A stretch of DNA of 64,000 nucleotides from Planctomycetota bacterium (GTDB lineage: Bacteria > Planctomycetota > MHYJ01 > WSZJ01). The notes beneath the pieces were generated by a model. The model had not been told where the DNA came from. It ran no database searches and was given only the letters and a program-made list of their open reading frames with translations. Location: the NCBI GenBank assembly GCA_038060895.1, contig JBBTCT010000009.1:435877-499876 (forward strand). Direction: 5' to 3'. This document shows positions 63,258 through 64,000 of this stretch, in pieces (position 1 is the stretch's first letter; every line of letters begins with the position of its first letter). Position numbers and translations under genes: made by a program.

Positions 63258-64000
63258 TGATTGAAGAATTTGATCCTGGTTCAGAGCGAACGTTGGCGGC
63301 GTGCCTAATACATGCAAGTCGAACGAGAAGCAGGGGGCAACTCCTGCAGTAAAGTGGCGAAAGGGTGCGTAACACATAGACAACCTGCCCTCGAGACCGG
63401 AATAACCCACCGAAAGGTGGACTAATACCGGAAGCGGTCAGTGGGTGGCATCATCCGCTGATCAAAGGATGGCCTCTATTTATAAGCTATCGCTCGAGGA
63501 GGGGTCTATGCCCTATCAGCTAGTTGGCGGGGTAATGGCCCACCAAGGCGATGACGGGTAGCCGGCCTGAGAGGGTGTCCGGCCACACTGGGACTGAGAC
63601 ACTGCCCAGACTCCTACGGGAGGCAGCAGTAGGGAATATTGCGCAATGCCCGAAAGGGTGACGCAGCGACGCCGCGTGAGGGATGAAGGCCTTCGGGTTG
63701 TAAACCTCTGTCACCCGGGAAGAACATGCTGGGGGTGAATAATCCCTGGCGTTGACGTTACCGGGAAAGGAAGCACCGGCTAACTCTGTGCCAGCAGCTG
63801 CGGTAATACAGAGGGTGCTAACGTTGCTCGGATTCACTGGGCGTAAAGGGCACGTAGGTGGTCCGGTAACTCAGTCGTGGAATCCCGCCGCTCACCGGTG
63901 GAATTGCGACTGAAAATGCCAGACTTGAGCGCAGGAGGGGTGAGGGGAACTCTAGGTGGAGCGGTGAAATGCGTAGATATCTAGAGGAACGCCGGAGGCG
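63258..64000 (+). rRNA. rrs: 16S ribosomal RNA, 5' part (runs off window end)
   Basis: AGAATTTGATCCTGGTTCAG; ACTCCTACGGGAGGCAGCAG; GTGCCAGCAGCTGCGGTAATAC; GGTGAAATGCGTAGATATC. Confidence 0.99.

Noticed and set aside
62917-63837. Minus-strand ORFs over the rRNA leader and 16S
   Set aside because: Spurious translations of rRNA

Overview
High-GC bacterial chromosomal window, probably from a deep-branching PVC/Planctomycetota lineage. That placement is an inference from four Ser/Thr kinases, many prepilin genes, two sigma-54 activators, lpxH and the 16S primer-site variants. Housekeeping genes: guaB (3' end), guaA, nifJ with a DHODH-like partner, ileS-purN, a complete his operon (hisGDCHABF-IE), ruvA, yggS, a YggU/DUF167 gene, purine nucleoside phosphorylase, an lgt-like gene, pilT and the 5' part of a 16S rRNA gene. 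The most unusual content is fourfold. (1) An 11-gene prepilin locus (19.6-28.6 kb) built from three paralogous cassettes around an orphan sigma-54 response regulator, with three -24/-12 promoter motifs each preceded by GTTAC-N6-GTAAC-type sites. (2) A candidate sigma-54-driven structured ncRNA at about 19240-19390. (3) A YggS/PLPBP carrying an in-frame 55-aa insertion that is a diverged copy (35/55 identical) of the small protein encoded divergently next to it. (4) A his operon whose HisB and HisG look archaeal (Thermoplasmata-like). I saw no CRISPR array, transposase, integrase, reverse transcriptase or tRNA. All calls are by eye, with no database searches.
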